Of a stretch of DNA of 64,000 nt, positions 35,601 through 45,714 are shown piece by piece; position 1 is the stretch's first letter, and every line of letters begins with the position of its first letter. A program made the translations under genes and the position numbers. This DNA comes from Sphaerodactylus townsendi (Eukaryota), in the NCBI RefSeq assembly GCF_021028975.2, contig NC_059436.1, positions 35,898,001 through 35,962,000 on the forward strand. Reading direction: 5' to 3'. The notes beneath the pieces were generated by a model. It was given only the letters and a program-made list of their open reading frames with translations. It made no database searches and had not been told where the DNA came from.

Positions 35601-36823
35601 CGGACGCCTGGCAACCAGCTCTTCCTGCTGGCCCCCACCCCATCCTCCCTGATTGGACTCACCAAATGTTTTCAAATGAGAGGAAAACTCTAAACGGTCC
35701 ACTGGCCTAGAGCACAGAGAGATCCTGCGGACCGTCCTGCGCTCCATGGCTTCCAAATTCCCAAGGCAGGAAATACTAGGCCTGTGTTTCCAGGATCTGA
35801 AATCTGTCTCGAAGTTTGGCAGCTTCTAAGAGGCCAAGTTCTCTCCCAGGCAGCTGGGGCCGGCTTTGCCTTCCAACCGCCACTGTTTGAGTAGGACAAA
35901 AGGAACCGGATTCTCATTGGTGGATTTGAAAGCAGACCTGCACCTGACTACCGCAGCCAGCAAAGGCTTTGCCGTGCCCACAACAAGCACAGTCACAGCC
36001 ATGAAATCAGTCAAGTCGAAAGCAACATGTATTTTTCTTCCAGAGTTGGTGCATATTAACTTTCTATTCATCCCCGAGGAAATCTTGCCCTCTGTATGCA
36101 CTGCACTCAATTTGCCTTGTCAAAATGCCAGATTTCTCCCTTTGATCTCAGATGCAACCTTTTTGAATGCGAGCTTCTATCTGTTGAGAGCTATGGGATT
36201 TACTTACTATTTACATAGGCAAAAAAGCACAGGCTGTTTGCATCATACAACAATTTTGCAATATCTGCCTCCTGATCCGAAAACACATTTTCAACCACTC
36301 GTTTACTAGGATGCAAGTCCCGTTGTGATTTACTGAAGACTCAGTCATACTTACTTTCTCACACATGGCAGACATCCAGACTTTACCGCAATCGTTCCCA
36401 AAACTTTGGAGCGAAGCGAGCTTAGAATGGAGAAAAGTCAGGGAAACCCAGGGAGGTGCATAAATGCACCATGCTACTGAGGATAAGCAGGAAAAAAAAA
36501 CTGCTTCCCAGCAGCACTGAATCTGGGGCAAATAACATATGTGGAAAGGACCCAGGCTCGAGATCCAGGACAACTGCTATTAGCCAGAAGAAACGGGCCA
36601 GAGGTTTGTTTTGCTGCAAGGCAGCTTCAGGCGTTCATATTCTACCCCATTTCACCAGTCTACAAGCACCTACCTTTGCCTTTAACACATGCATGGCTGA
36701 TCTTTCTCCGCCGCCTCAGGAGCAACTCCGATTGCTTCCTCGGTGAGGTCTGGACTCTGAAGATACTTCTCTTTGGAGGTTGTCCAGGTGCCTGGCCCTC
36801 AGTGCATGTACTGATCTCCATCC
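1357..36823 (-). CDS. RGS3: RGS3 (regulator of G-protein signalling 3), partial multi-exon CDS: C2-PDZ-PH-like region; continues beyond the left edge
   Basis: 16 exons join in phase (1641 nt = 547 codons from ATG 36821). Translations match recalled human RGS3 motifs such as ITIPRGKNGFGFTICCDSPVRVQAVDSGG, SSYGTYVTLAPKVLVFP and YSDLLLFTKEDEPGRC. All introns are GT-AG. Confidence 0.97.
1663..1788. mobile_element. Palindromic MITE (GGCCC..GCACATGCAGAATAATGC family), 3' end eroded
   Basis: Self-complementary ends; same family as 6684-6824. Confidence 0.75.
1829..1924. mobile_element. hAT-type palindromic MITE
   Basis: CAGGGGTCTGCAA TIRs; TSD gcttaggg/gcttagtg. Confidence 0.88.
2711..2822 (-). 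CDS. RGS3: RGS3 exon VTLFIYSDLLLFTKEDEPGRCNVLRNPLYLHDVRLQE
   Basis: cccag|GTG...GAGG|gtgagt, 112 nt, phase 0->1. Confidence 0.96.
3293..3585 (+). mobile_element. tRNA-derived CORE-SINE (Squam3-like), full length
   Basis: A/B boxes (tggtgtagtgg; ggtttgattccc), MIR-like core tgggtgaccttgggc, (TTC)n tail; several near-identical copies in the window. Confidence 0.9.
4243..4385 (-). mobile_element. Short tRNA-derived SINE fragment
   Basis: Reverse-strand A/B boxes and core. Confidence 0.6.
5734..5817 (-). CDS. RGS3: RGS3 exon PLDLCNPARTLVLSEELLLHETRNKPTK
   Basis: tttacag|CCT...AAG|gtaaga, 84 nt, phase 0->0. Confidence 0.96.
6684..6824. mobile_element. Palindromic MITE (possibly PIF/Harbinger-type)
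   Basis: TIRs ggccccttccgcacacgcaaaataatgc / gcattattctgcatgtgcggaatgagcc. Confidence 0.8.
6846..7031. mobile_element. hAT (Charlie-like) MITE
   Basis: TIRs cagtagttctcaacc / ggttgagaaccgctg; TSD atgtagaa/atctagaa. Confidence 0.88.
7351..7535 (-). CDS. RGS3: RGS3 exon ...GKKSRLMKTVQTIKGH...YGTYVTLAPKVLVFPIFVQ
   Basis: tttatag|GC...CAG|gtaggt, 185 nt, phase 1->0; not in the ORF track. Confidence 0.95.
7744..7838. mobile_element. hAT-type palindromic MITE
   Basis: Perfect 8-bp TSD atctaggt. Confidence 0.88.
8741..9006 (-). mobile_element. Non-autonomous Penelope-like fold-back element
   Basis: About 100-bp inverted arms with CTGAAGA...GAAA motif; TSD ctccaatttaa. Confidence 0.82.
10219..10420 (+). 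mobile_element. Old CORE/MIR-like SINE
   Basis: ggttcaaatccc B box, gctgggtgatc core, cctcacagg...gaggataaaatgg; similar decayed copies near 34820, 37630, 42477, 47768 and 58940. Confidence 0.7.
10716..10745 (+). mobile_element. 30-bp terminal stub of the same Penelope-like family
   Basis: ttccggccgtgaaagccttcgacaatacat flanked by 12-bp TSD agagc(t/a)gggtaa. Confidence 0.8.
12743..13410 (+). mobile_element. CR1 LINE, 5'-truncated (ORF2 C-terminus and 3'UTR)
   Basis: VRPHLEYCAQFWSP...LFSLERRRLRGDMIEVYKI; (TTCTTATG)n tail. Confidence 0.96.
13478..13517 (-). CDS. RGS3: RGS3 small exon LLRPVYQEGKAAE
   Basis: tctttcag|CTC...GAAG|gtgagt, 40 nt, phase 0->1; matches human LLRPVYQE. Confidence 0.93.
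14318..14663 (-). CDS. RGS3: RGS3 exon, PDZ C-terminus and linker (NCSREIILLVWR...IILAPLNPGSQ)
   Basis: tttgcag|G...CAG|gtatgg, 346 nt, phase 2->0. Confidence 0.96.
15051..15986. mobile_element. Non-autonomous Tc1/mariner-superfamily (Tc2/pogo-like) element
   Basis: TIRs ccgtatatactcgt / acgagtatatacgg, TA TSD, subterminal tcgacttata repeats. Confidence 0.88.
16325..16377. repeat. (TTTA)n microsatellite, probable minus-strand LINE tail
   Basis: Followed by ataccgccctccccgaagggct, similar to the L2 3' end near 22490. Confidence 0.8.
16647..16752 (-). CDS. RGS3: RGS3 PDZ exon GPAEKAGLQQLDTVLQLNEQPVEHWKCVELAHEI
   Basis: ctttcag|GT...AG|gtgacc, 106 nt, phase 1->2. Confidence 0.96.
17267..17535 (-). 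mobile_element. Non-autonomous Penelope-like fold-back element (least decayed copy)
   Basis: Near-perfect inverted arms with CpGs retained. Confidence 0.85.
17353..17393 (-). ncRNA. Minimal type-I hammerhead ribozyme motif (Penelope type); inverted partner at 17442-17482 on +
   Basis: CCU-CUGAAGA-UGCC..GGC-GAAAC-GUU-AGG: conserved core, stem II GCC/GGC, palindromic ACGU stem III, stem I CCU/AGG; activity untested. Confidence 0.65.
17727..17808 (-). CDS. RGS3: RGS3 PDZ exon ITIPRGKNGFGFTICCDSPVRVQAVDS
   Basis: ctttcag|ATT...TCTG|gtgaga, 82 nt, phase 0->1; GFGF carboxylate-binding loop. Confidence 0.97.
18854..19273. mobile_element. GC-rich hAT-type non-autonomous element
   Basis: 8-bp TSD ggtaaaga, ends cagagg/cctcta, two internal ggctgctccttca...tgaaggagcagcc palindromes. 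Confidence 0.75.
19745..19917 (+). mobile_element. Decayed 5S-rRNA-derived SINE (5S-Sauria-like)
   Basis: gaagctaagca...ttggatggga 5S-like head; tail shared with about 59070-59195 (+) and 63795-63892 (-). Confidence 0.6.
20714..20767 (-). CDS. RGS3: RGS3 alternative first coding exon of PDZ-RGS3 (MSRFNGLCRVCSEQRYQQ)
   Basis: ATG at 20767, donor CAG|gttggt, phase 0; resembles mammalian MNRFNGLCKVCSERRYRQ. Confidence 0.93.
22452..23008 (-). mobile_element. L2-type LINE 3' fragment
   Basis: Minus-strand translation GLGPLYLRDHITPY...PLRSAEANLL...RARAFTALAPAWWNTLP...ACKTELF; (TAAA/CAAA)n tail. Confidence 0.88.
23070..23137 (-). CDS. RGS3: RGS3 C2-PDZ linker exon LMLTQPAPLLGSQQNENAEQLK
   Basis: ctttgcag|AG...AAG|gtaggt, 68 nt, phase 1->0. 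Confidence 0.88.
23577..23667 (-). CDS. RGS3: RGS3 C2 exon EVSGWYYLLGEDLGRTKHLKVAARRLKQSG
   Basis: gccag|GAG...GGAG|gtgggt, 91 nt, phase 0->1. Confidence 0.96.
23808..23908. mobile_element. hAT-type MITE nested in an older caggggtcccc element
   Basis: TIRs cagtggtgggatt / aatcccaccactg. Confidence 0.8.
24804..24945 (+). mobile_element. Squam3-like SINE, 5'-truncated
   Basis: 3' half of the 3293 family. Confidence 0.85.
25067..25367 (+). mobile_element. Squam3-like SINE, full length
   Basis: As 3293-3585. Confidence 0.9.
25372..25507. mobile_element. hAT-type palindromic MITE
   Basis: Perfect TSD ttctagtt. Confidence 0.9.
26231..26291 (-). CDS. RGS3: RGS3 C2 exon QSELIGCMSFGVKTLLSPDK
   Basis: tcttcag|G...AAG|gtatgg, 61 nt, phase 2->0. 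Confidence 0.96.
27476..27544 (-). CDS. RGS3: RGS3 C2 exon PLQEEDERKRLLITTWNQPRHS
   Basis: actctag|C...AG|gtaagg, 69 nt, phase 2->2. Confidence 0.95.
27857..27924 (-). repeat. 68-bp duplicate of 26197-26264 (partial RGS3 exon plus donor)
   Basis: 66/68 identical by direct comparison. Confidence 0.95.
28328..28394. repeat. (GA)n microsatellite
   Basis: Pure tract. Confidence 0.97.
28515..28609 (-). CDS. RGS3: RGS3 C2 exon MSIVPDTDRRCRQKTKTVPDNKNPVFHEHFL
   Basis: atgaag|ATG...TT|gtgagt, 95 nt, phase 0->2. Confidence 0.93.
29453..29511 (-). CDS. RGS3: RGS3 C2 exon MEAKGLMGKEYRICDSFVK
   Basis: catctag|TT...AAG|gtgggc, 59 nt, phase 1->0. Confidence 0.94.
29647..29678. repeat. (AC)n microsatellite
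   Basis: Pure tract; another near 5867-5905. Confidence 0.95.
30624..30932 (+). mobile_element. Squam3-like SINE with (CCT)n(TCT)n tail
   Basis: As 3293-3585. Confidence 0.9.
31862..31912 (-). CDS. RGS3: RGS3 first C2 exon (G)QLKLSINTQGRDLMLY
   Basis: gctctag|GA...TATG|gtgagt, 51 nt, phase 1->1. Confidence 0.93.
35663..35747 (-). CDS. RGS3: RGS3 alternative first coding exon MERRTVRRISLCSRPVDRLEFSSHLKTF
   Basis: GCCATGG Kozak context, donor TTTG|gtgagt, phase 1; resembles mammalian MERSLHRVSLGSRRAHPDLSFYLTTF. Confidence 0.88.
36674..36823 (-). CDS. RGS3: RGS3 upstream alternative exon MEISTC...QTSPRKQSELLLRRRRKISHACVKGK
   Basis: cctttcag|GGATGG...AAAG|gtaggt, 150 nt, phase 1->1; resembles human MEWLSP...QTSPARKRITHAKVQGAG; ATG at 36821. 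Confidence 0.82.
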
Positions 36824-39800
36824 CTGAAAGGAAAACAGAGAACATCATGCCAATAACGGTTTCTCCCATATAAAAATTCTTTGCAAATTTCCAAAAAAAG
36901 GAGAGAAAAGGACATTAGAGTATCCTAAGGCCAGCCCTTCCTGCACTGTTCTGGCTTCCCATTGTATGTGCTAGTGACAACACCCCTGTGAGGGAGATCA
37001 TTAAATTCCAGGAGAGCTCCAGGTCCCTGTGGGAAAGTAGCAACAAACCTTGGCCTATAGAGATGCCTGAAGAGAGTCAAGGAATTTGACAAAAAAAATT
37101 GAGTGTTGGGTCTGTGGGTTTTTCCTCAAGAGCAGCTAAATTTTAGGGGATACTGCTACTCATGATGACTAGAGAGAACCTCCATTGTCCAGACCCAATA
37201 AGTATCTGAATGCCAGTGTTATCAGGCAGCATCAGGGAAAGGCCTTGTTCTCTATTGCCCTGTTTGTGACCCTCCAAAGCAACTAGTTAGCCATTGCGTG
37301 AAACAGGATGCTGGACTACATGGACCATCGGCCTGATCCAGTAAGGTCTTCTCACGTTGTGTCCTGAGAAGCATCTTGCTCCAGGTTCCATCAGAGCTTG
37401 AAGATGTCACCTCTATTGCTGAGGCAAGGAGGCTGGTCTACATATTTATATATATATTGTAAAAACAGAGGGTTTAAGAGAGAAGTAGGCAGGAGCAAGT
37501 TGGTTGCAGGCAAAGCACTATAGCGTACAGCTAGATGTCTCCTCACCTCCACCTTTCCAGGACCTCATACAGTAATGCCTCTTCATAGTAACTATGCTCT
37601 ACTTGTACATCTATAAATATATAACAAGGATCTAGCAGATCTGGGTTTAAATTCCCACACTGCCAGGGAAACTTACTGGGTGACCTTGGGCCAATCACTC
37701 ACTCTCACAGGGTTTTTGCTGTGAAGATAAAATGGAGAAGGGGGTGACGTTGTAACCTGCTTTGGGTCTCCATTGTGGGGGAAAAATAAAACATAAATAT
37801 CGAAACAACTAACTGAATAATAGTGCTGTCACATACAAAGGAAATTCACCCCAGGATGGACTCTGCCAGATAATATCAGTGCTCAGGGAAGCACAGAGCA
37901 TGCAAAACTGATAGTAGATGCGGGGTTGTGGTCCCTTGGAAGAAACTATGAGTTTATCTCTAGATATTATGTGAAGCATTCACTCTGTTACTTTACAAGA
38001 GTGCCTGTTTGCCACCATCTTCTCTCTGCTTATATATTTATAAATAAGGCAATTAATACTCCAGCACTAACCAAACTCAGGAAGTACTACCCTGGAAGGG
38101 CTCAGGAAAATGGACAGCACAATGATATTAATCATCATGTGCCACATCTGTGGCAGAATCAGACTTTAAATCTATATCAGGCTAGAAAACTCACTTCGGC
38201 CTTCCTACATGCTGCTAGAGAACAATGCTTTCCTCAGAGCAGATGACTTTCCCTTCATTATGTTTAAATTGTATGAACTCAGTGCACATAAATTCTCAAT
38301 CCTTTGCAGAAAGGACAATGGATTGGCATCTGGAATGGATTTGGTCCCTCCCTACACCCAAGACAGCTGTGATTTCAGACAGAAGAAACTCCCCAACTAT
38401 TTGTTCTGGGAGTCTATAAATCAGGTTGGCCGCATAGATCAGCTTTTGGGGGGGATTTCATTACTTTTTCAACTGGTTTGTTCCTGGAAATCAGGAGGGG
38501 AACCGGAACACATCCACAGAAAGGTAACTGTGCACATTTGCAAATTAAAAACAGGACAGAAATCCTTAACTGGTTTGGCCAAATTTACTTATTGGGACTA
38601 GTGAAGCTGAGCATACACCTGTTTTATCTTTTTGGTTTTGATGTGTTATTGTACCAAGGAATGAAAAGTCAGTATTAAATATGACCTTTCTAACAATGTG
38701 TAATAAGCTCTCTGACACTCCCTTCACTATCTCCTTTCCCCAAAAAATCTAGACTGAGGTCTTGGAAATACAAACTTTTGTTGGATCATAACTGGTTCAC
38801 AAATCAATTAAATCTCAATCAGCTCATAATTATTTAAGTAGGTAGACAAATATTCACACAATTGTGGATGTTTCAGAGGCATCTGGTTGGCTGGTGTGAA
38901 AAATAGGATGCTGAACTAGATGAACCTCTGCTTTGATCGAACTCCTCTTATCAGGGTATGTTTCTCCCAGTTAAAAATGAGTGACACTTAGCAGTTACAC
39001 ATTCCATCTCGGTTATCTTCACAACAGCCCTGTGTTTTATCAATACCATATTGCAGGGGCTCACTTTATAAATACCATATTTTAGGGGATGAGCACAAAG
39101 TCCACATGTCTCCTTTACAACCCCTGAGCAAGTTCATGGCAGAAGTTCAAGTTCCACTCCAACAGAGATACAAATACAAGCTCTGTAAGGCCAGTCACAT
39201 TTGAGGAAGCTGGAAATGCTAAGCAAAGCCCAATGAAGGCATTTAGCCATGATGGCTAAATGAGGCCTGAGGCAGTGTGGGACTACTGGTTGCTAAAATG
39301 CAGCTAATCACTCATGCTGGCAGGGGATGATGGGAACTGTAGTCCATAACATCTGGAGGGCTGCGAGTTTGACACCTGTATTTGGATGGTCATTATGGAA
39401 AAAGGGATGACGAATAAGATGGAACCTTACATTCTTACAGATCGATGATTTTCCCGCCTGCCGGTCTTACCATGACCACATATCAGCCAGTGCCCAAGAC
39501 TGACTTCAATGCAAGCTCCCTCCGATCCATTCTGCCCCTTACATCGGGCAGCTATTGTATTCTTCTGGGGACTTGTCTCTTTTCCTCACCCCACCCCACC
39601 CCACCCCATCCCCAGTGCCAAGTTGGTGGCTCTCCCTTTCTAAACACAGCAAGCTTCTTTTGCCTTGCATACCATTGGTTGTATCCTAGAAACTCCCTCA
39701 AACATTCAAACACAGCTTCCTAAACTCTGTATTTTATTGCAAATCTTTTTTCCCCCTTCTGTTGAGGTGGAGACAGAAGAGGCTCTGGGAAAAATGAGGG

Positions 39801-41524
39801 AGAGAAACTCAAGGTCATTGTAGCTTTAGTACAGCTTAATAGTAACTGGGGCAAGGGGGGTAAACTTGAAAGAGTCTGTCTCTTAATATAGCCCAATAAA
39901 CAAGGAAATGAAGAATTCTTGCAGGCAGGGGGAGGAATTCCTGAATCTCTTGCAAAGTGTTTTTTAAGCCAACGGGCTACACAACCAACAGGATCAAAAA
40001 GATTTGTTGCCAGTAAACATTTTGTTCCTGGTACTGAACAATCTGTTTAATCTGTGTATTATTTTTAATCTGGGTATTATTTTTGTTTTAATGTTTGGAA
40101 GTTATCTCATGAGCTTTTCAGTTGAAAGGGTGGAGGCAGGACATTTGAAATTGAAATGATGTCCCAGATTTGGTGCTTGTTTGAATGGTGAAATTAATCA
40201 ATGTAGTAAAGATCCACGATTGAAAACAGGCAGATGTTGGGTACACAGATGCCAAAGACAGTCAAGCTCCTGGATCTTTATTAGCAGCACAAATATAGAC
40301 ATTTCGACAAGCACAACTTTTCTGAACTTCCAGAATTTCCTTCTCTACAACTGTGAATATTGTTTATGAAATATCTTATGCTGTCAGATTTTTAACAACA
40401 TTTTAAGTTTCAGTTTCAGTGAGAAAGCCTGGCTATAAATGAATAAAAAGAAATAAAATAAATACTGAAGCATTTTCCACTGTATAAGGATTGCCAGCTG
40501 ACCAGGAAAGTATCTAGTAGGCCTATTCCTGTGCCTTTTACAGCAGCATAATATTCAATAATCATCAGGTGCAGCTTCTCACATGTCAATAATAAGCATT
40601 ATTACCTGCTAGTGTCAGAATGTGGAACTGCTGTCAAAGGCATAGCTACAGAGCCTGATTGAAAAGCAGGCAATGTTAGTATGCACATGTGGATCAGATA
40701 ATACTTTCTCACGTACACTGTCGAGAAAGATTGAAGGTATATATATGAGAGACCCCACAAGAAGGCCCCAACCAAGGCCGTGTGAACGCCCTGGGGCAGG
40801 GTAGCAAATTTCACCCCATGCTCTCCTGAAGTTAATCAGTTGCAAACCTGTACCTTTCAGTAGTCCTTGTTTTAATGAGTAACCTGCACTTTGTTCTCTA
40901 GTTGGAGGCTAGGGATAAGTGAGCCAGGATGTGTTCTAAGGTTCATTTTGCAGAAAGCGCGGTAAATGAAGTGGACTTTGCCTGTAAAAGCTCACGAAGA
41001 GCGTGCTCATACAAAGCCCTCAGAAGGTAGAAGATGACATTTTGGAATGCTCCTCCATGTTAAAAAAAACCTCCCTGCAAACAAGGACAGCAGAACCTTC
41101 CTCTCCAGGTGTGCTTGGTTTCTATTATAGGGACTTATTTACTGAAAAGGATATATTAAAAACAGGAATCCACCCACTGCTGGTTGAAGTGATGCAGCCC
41201 ATTCTCCTGCACGTGTGAACCAGGCATAACTACACATTATGTTTTCCTGGAGTTCTTGCAATCAGACACAACTCACGAGTTCTGTACTCAAAACTCAATT
41301 CGCAGGTGCAAGTGAACTCCGCTCAGGACGGTGGTGCATGTGGGACTGTGGGGTAGCGTCCCTCTGCCAGAATGTTTTGCCCTGCTAAGGAAACTTGCAT
41401 GCCACCAATCTGTAGAGAAGCTTTCCACAACACGGCAAATCATTCCCTGCTGCCCAGCACCATTTCAGGTTCGGAAAATGACATGGAGGAGGACTTCAGC
41501 TCCCCTTTTCCACATGCTGTGGTC

Positions 41525-41643
41525 CAGGGGTCTGCACCCTGCAGCTCTCCAGATGTTCATGGACTACAATTCCCATCAGCCCCTGCCAGCATGGCCAATT
41601 GTAGTCCATGAACATCTGGAGAGCCGCAGGGTGCAGACCCCTG
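41525..41643. mobile_element. hAT-type palindromic MITE
   Basis: Same family as 25372; TSD unclear. Confidence 0.85.
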
Positions 41644-42348
41644 CCTGCTTGTGGTCTCTATCCTAGTTAGCCTACACATGCTGAGGAATTAAGTTCCAAG
41701 CATGAATGCTGCAATACATACCAGATTGCCAGGACCCATGGAGAATGGGAGGAAGCAAACTAACCCAGATATACGGTCAATGTACCATCTTCTGATTGAA
41801 ACCTATACTATCTGAGGAAGTCCAGGTATTGTTTATGGTTAGTCCCGCAGTGAGTCATAATTTAAATATTTTCCTTGCATAATGAATTCATATTGAGCAC
41901 ATAATTTTCTTGCTTTTCCTATTTTCCAGAAACGATCTACCATAGTCATAAAGATTTTGAAAAGCAATAATTTTTTGTCTGTAATTGAGACTTATGTCGT
42001 TTTTGACCACTAAGGAAGACTATTTGGCCAAAACGTTTTGCCTGGGTTGGAAAAGGGATTTGTCTATTTGTGTTATAATTGTATATGAATATATTTGTAC
42101 TGTAGGTTGTTAAAAGCTCTATTTGTGTTGTCATTTTTAAGACAGCTATTCTAGATGATAATTCTTAACTATTTACATAATTTTCAAAATTGAATATGTT
42201 GGACGTATATGTGAATTTAGCCTTGACCTTTTGTGTTCTTAGTTCTATTGTTTCAGGGTTACGTTTTTTCTCTTCTTTTGTTTGAATGGGAGGAAGCTAC
42301 ATTATACCAGCAAACATGCATCTCAAAAACGTGTCACTGTGGCTAGAG

Positions 42349-42476
42349 CAGGGGTAGGGAACCTGGCCAATTGGGTAGAGCAGGGGTAGGGAACATGGCC
42401 AATTGGCCATGCTGGTAGGAGCTGATGGGAATTGTAGTTCCTGAACATCAGGAGAGCCGCAGGTTCCCTACCCCTG
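42349..42476. mobile_element. Rearranged hAT-type MITE inserted in a SINE head
   Basis: TIRs caggggtagggaac; TSD ggctagag; SINE body follows to about 42690. Confidence 0.82.
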
Positions 42477-45452
42477 GGCTAGAGTGTCAGACCAGAATCT
42501 GGAAGTCCCAGGTTCAAATTCTGACTGTGCCATGAAAGCACTTGCTGGGTGATCTTGGCCCAGTTACTCTCAGCCTAGCTCTTCTCACAGGGTTGCTGTG
42601 AGGGTAAAATGGAGCAGAGGAGAACAAGGTAAGCCCCTTTGGGTTTTCGTTACAGAGAAAGGCAGGATATAAACAAAGTTAATAAATAAAACATGAGTGC
42701 AAGGATATGCTTGGGTTGAGCATTTGCAGGGCAGAACTGGAAAGGGGGCAAATGATCATTTAACCTTTCCTGCATCTTCTGATTCTCCCTAGCAAGTGTT
42801 TCCCTCTGATCTTTTTCCCGGACAGCTGGGCTCAGGGGCAGACTAAGACATTCAAATGGCTCAGGGACAAAGCCAGCCAAGGAACCCCAATGGTGGTAGC
42901 AGGGCTCCAGAGGCTGCTCAGCTTAGACCCAGGCAAGGAAACAACACTGGGCACCAGCTTGCTGCCTTTATTTTCCCATCCCATACTCATCATCATCATC
43001 ACTGCTGGCCATGTCCACTTTGAATGTCCCCCACATTATGATAAAAAGCAGGGGTTAAAAAAAAACAACCTGGGAGGAACTGCAGGTGAGAATCAGAGGG
43101 TACAGACACCCGTCCCTAAACCAGCTCCCAATTCTTCTCTAACCAAAAATTTATAGAGTTTTTTTACAAAAAAAGTATGAAGTTTGCTGGCAGTGTGAAG
43201 TCTTCAGTTCAAAGCAATCATAACGTATGACTTGAAACTTCAGAATTAGCCGCTGGGTTTTATCCTGTCCCTGCAATTGCAGAATGATACACCATAACCG
43301 TTTCCTTGTACTGCATCTTAAGTGGAAAGCTGGAATTTTTTTAATAAACTTTCTTTTCTACTTCTAGGCTTGCAAGGCTGTGTGAGTGCTGCATGGTAAG
43401 ATTTAACACTGCAGACAGAATTTTTCATATCACTTCCTATGCAGCTGTTTCTATCAGACTCTGCTGGTCCATCAAGTGAATGAGCAATGAGAAACCAAGG
43501 GGAATATATGTGCATGAGAGTGCTGGACCGAAAAGAATCACCTGGCCCACATTTAAAATGTTGTAAGCCTCTTCACAGGTTTCTCTGTGTTCCACCTTTC
43601 CATGTTACAGCCACAATTGTTTCTATTGTACAGATGAGAAACTGAGGCTAACAGTGACTTGTGCAAAGGCATACAGGTCCCTGGCAGACAATGAACTAGT
43701 ACCCAGCCCTGCTTAGATGTCAAGTCCAATTCTGACTTCTGGGTCACATCAGAAACATCCTCTGCTTCCCAAGCATCCCGCCCAGCTGCCATCAGTCGTA
43801 TAAGCCCCACTTTGACCTGCACAGCTGACCTTTCTTGAAATTATTTTCAAGGAAGCTAAACTTTAGGACTTTTCATGAAGTCAGCCTTATCATTCTTCTA
43901 CCCACCAGCCTTCAAACAAAACCAGATCTCCAACAGAAAGACAACCCGCCCCTTACCTGCAAATGGGACCAAGGAAATTTCCAGAGGAGGAATAAACTGC
44001 TCTCAAGGGACCAAACAGATAACGCTGCCAGTAAGCCGTTGATACTGGGATTGTCTGTCTGCTAAGGATAAAAGTGGGGGGGGGGGAGGGAGGGAGAGAG
44101 AATGGGAGGATTTACAATTTCCAGAGAGGAGGAGTCCCAGGACACGGCTATTTTTTTCTTACAAGTGTGCCGTTGCCAAGAGAACCCCCAACAGGCTTCA
44201 AAGACTTCTGCCCACAGAGACCAACAGAAACATACTAGTCTGTTTCACATAGTGGTAGGAATTTTGGAAGGCCAGACACTTTCCCCGGACCACCTCTTCC
44301 TACTTCTGCCTAAAAATAACATATACCCTTTCTCAGGCTCTCCAACCAAAACCAGTTCTGTTCAGGGTGATGCTGAAAAATAACAGTGCCTCAGGATCTT
44401 CTCTGGTGTACGTTTGCCAATTATATTTTTTTCAAAATCTACCTAGACCTCAATTCCCGCTTAAGGAATTGAGTAAAGAACTACAGCTGCATGAGCACTG
44501 TTTGGAACGAACTTAAATTTAGGAATTAACTTGTGCCTTCCTCACAACAGCCAGCAGGTCTACCAGTCCCCTCACTGTTGACCAGAGCAGCACAAGAGGG
44601 AGATCAACCATTTCCTGGGATGTATTGCAGAGGAACCTTTTTTTTTTTTTTTTTGGGGGGGGGGGGGGTCAGCTGAGCTACCAAGAGCTATTCCCCCAAC
44701 AAAGGAGGAGAGTGTGTGTTGTTTTGTTGGTTTTTAAAACTGCAAAGCCAAAGCATATACCAGATATCCTTTTTAAATCAAAGGCAACATATTTCAGAAG
44801 ACCCACAGATAGCAGCCAAAGTGTAGGACAGTGAGCAAAATTTGCTCCTGTGCAAAAGAACACTGTGCAGATCTTTTCTCAAATACGTGATTGCATCCAT
44901 ACGCCTCCACCTAGTTCCTCCCCATATTGCTTCAGTCAGGTGGATTAGAAATAGGAATGTGGAGAAGCAAAATCACCAGTGTACACGTTTTGAACAAGGA
45001 TACCCCTGGAGAAAGCCAATATTGGAAAAAAAGTTCTCAATTGCTTATTCTAGAGCATGGGTCCCCCTTTCATTCCTAGTTGGCCCACTTCTCATTTTTC
45101 CTGGGTATTTCCATCTTCCTCCTGCTGTCTTCTTGCTATCCCATCTTGAAACGGTCTGGGCTCTGGGGGAAAGAAATGCTGTGGCTTGTTGGATGCGTAC
45201 TCTGTAATGTGTGATCGAAGTTTAAATATTCTGTCTTCTTTTGCAACAAATATTTGTTTAGACCAAGGCGGCCAACTAGTACTAGTAGGGGGACCAGAAT
45301 AATGTGCTGGATTTTATGCCATTGGTAACTACCCATTCTACTGGTGCTTTTAAAAAGTAATTTTTCTGTTGCAGTCTTAATATTTCTAAGCCGCCCTGGG
45401 AACTTCTTAAGTGGAAAAGCAGCACAATAAATGTCCTAAAAAGACAAAACTA

Positions 45453-45714
45453 CTAGTTGTGAGTTTTCCAGGCTGTGTGGCCATGGTGTGATAGATCTTG
45501 TTCCTAATGTTTCGCCTGCATCTGTGGCTGGCATCTTCAGAGGTGTATCACAGAGACTTCTGTTACAGACTTCTCTATGTGATACACCTCTGAAGATGCC
45601 AGCCACAGATGCAGGTGAAATGTTAGGAACAAGATCTACCAGACCACAGCCACAAAGCCCGGAAAACCCATGACGACCAGTTGAATCCAGCCACGAAAGC
45701 CTTCGACAATACAT
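45453..45714 (+). mobile_element. Non-autonomous Penelope-like fold-back element
   Basis: Inverted arms, gaaagccttcgacaatacat terminus, TSD aaaacta. Confidence 0.82.
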
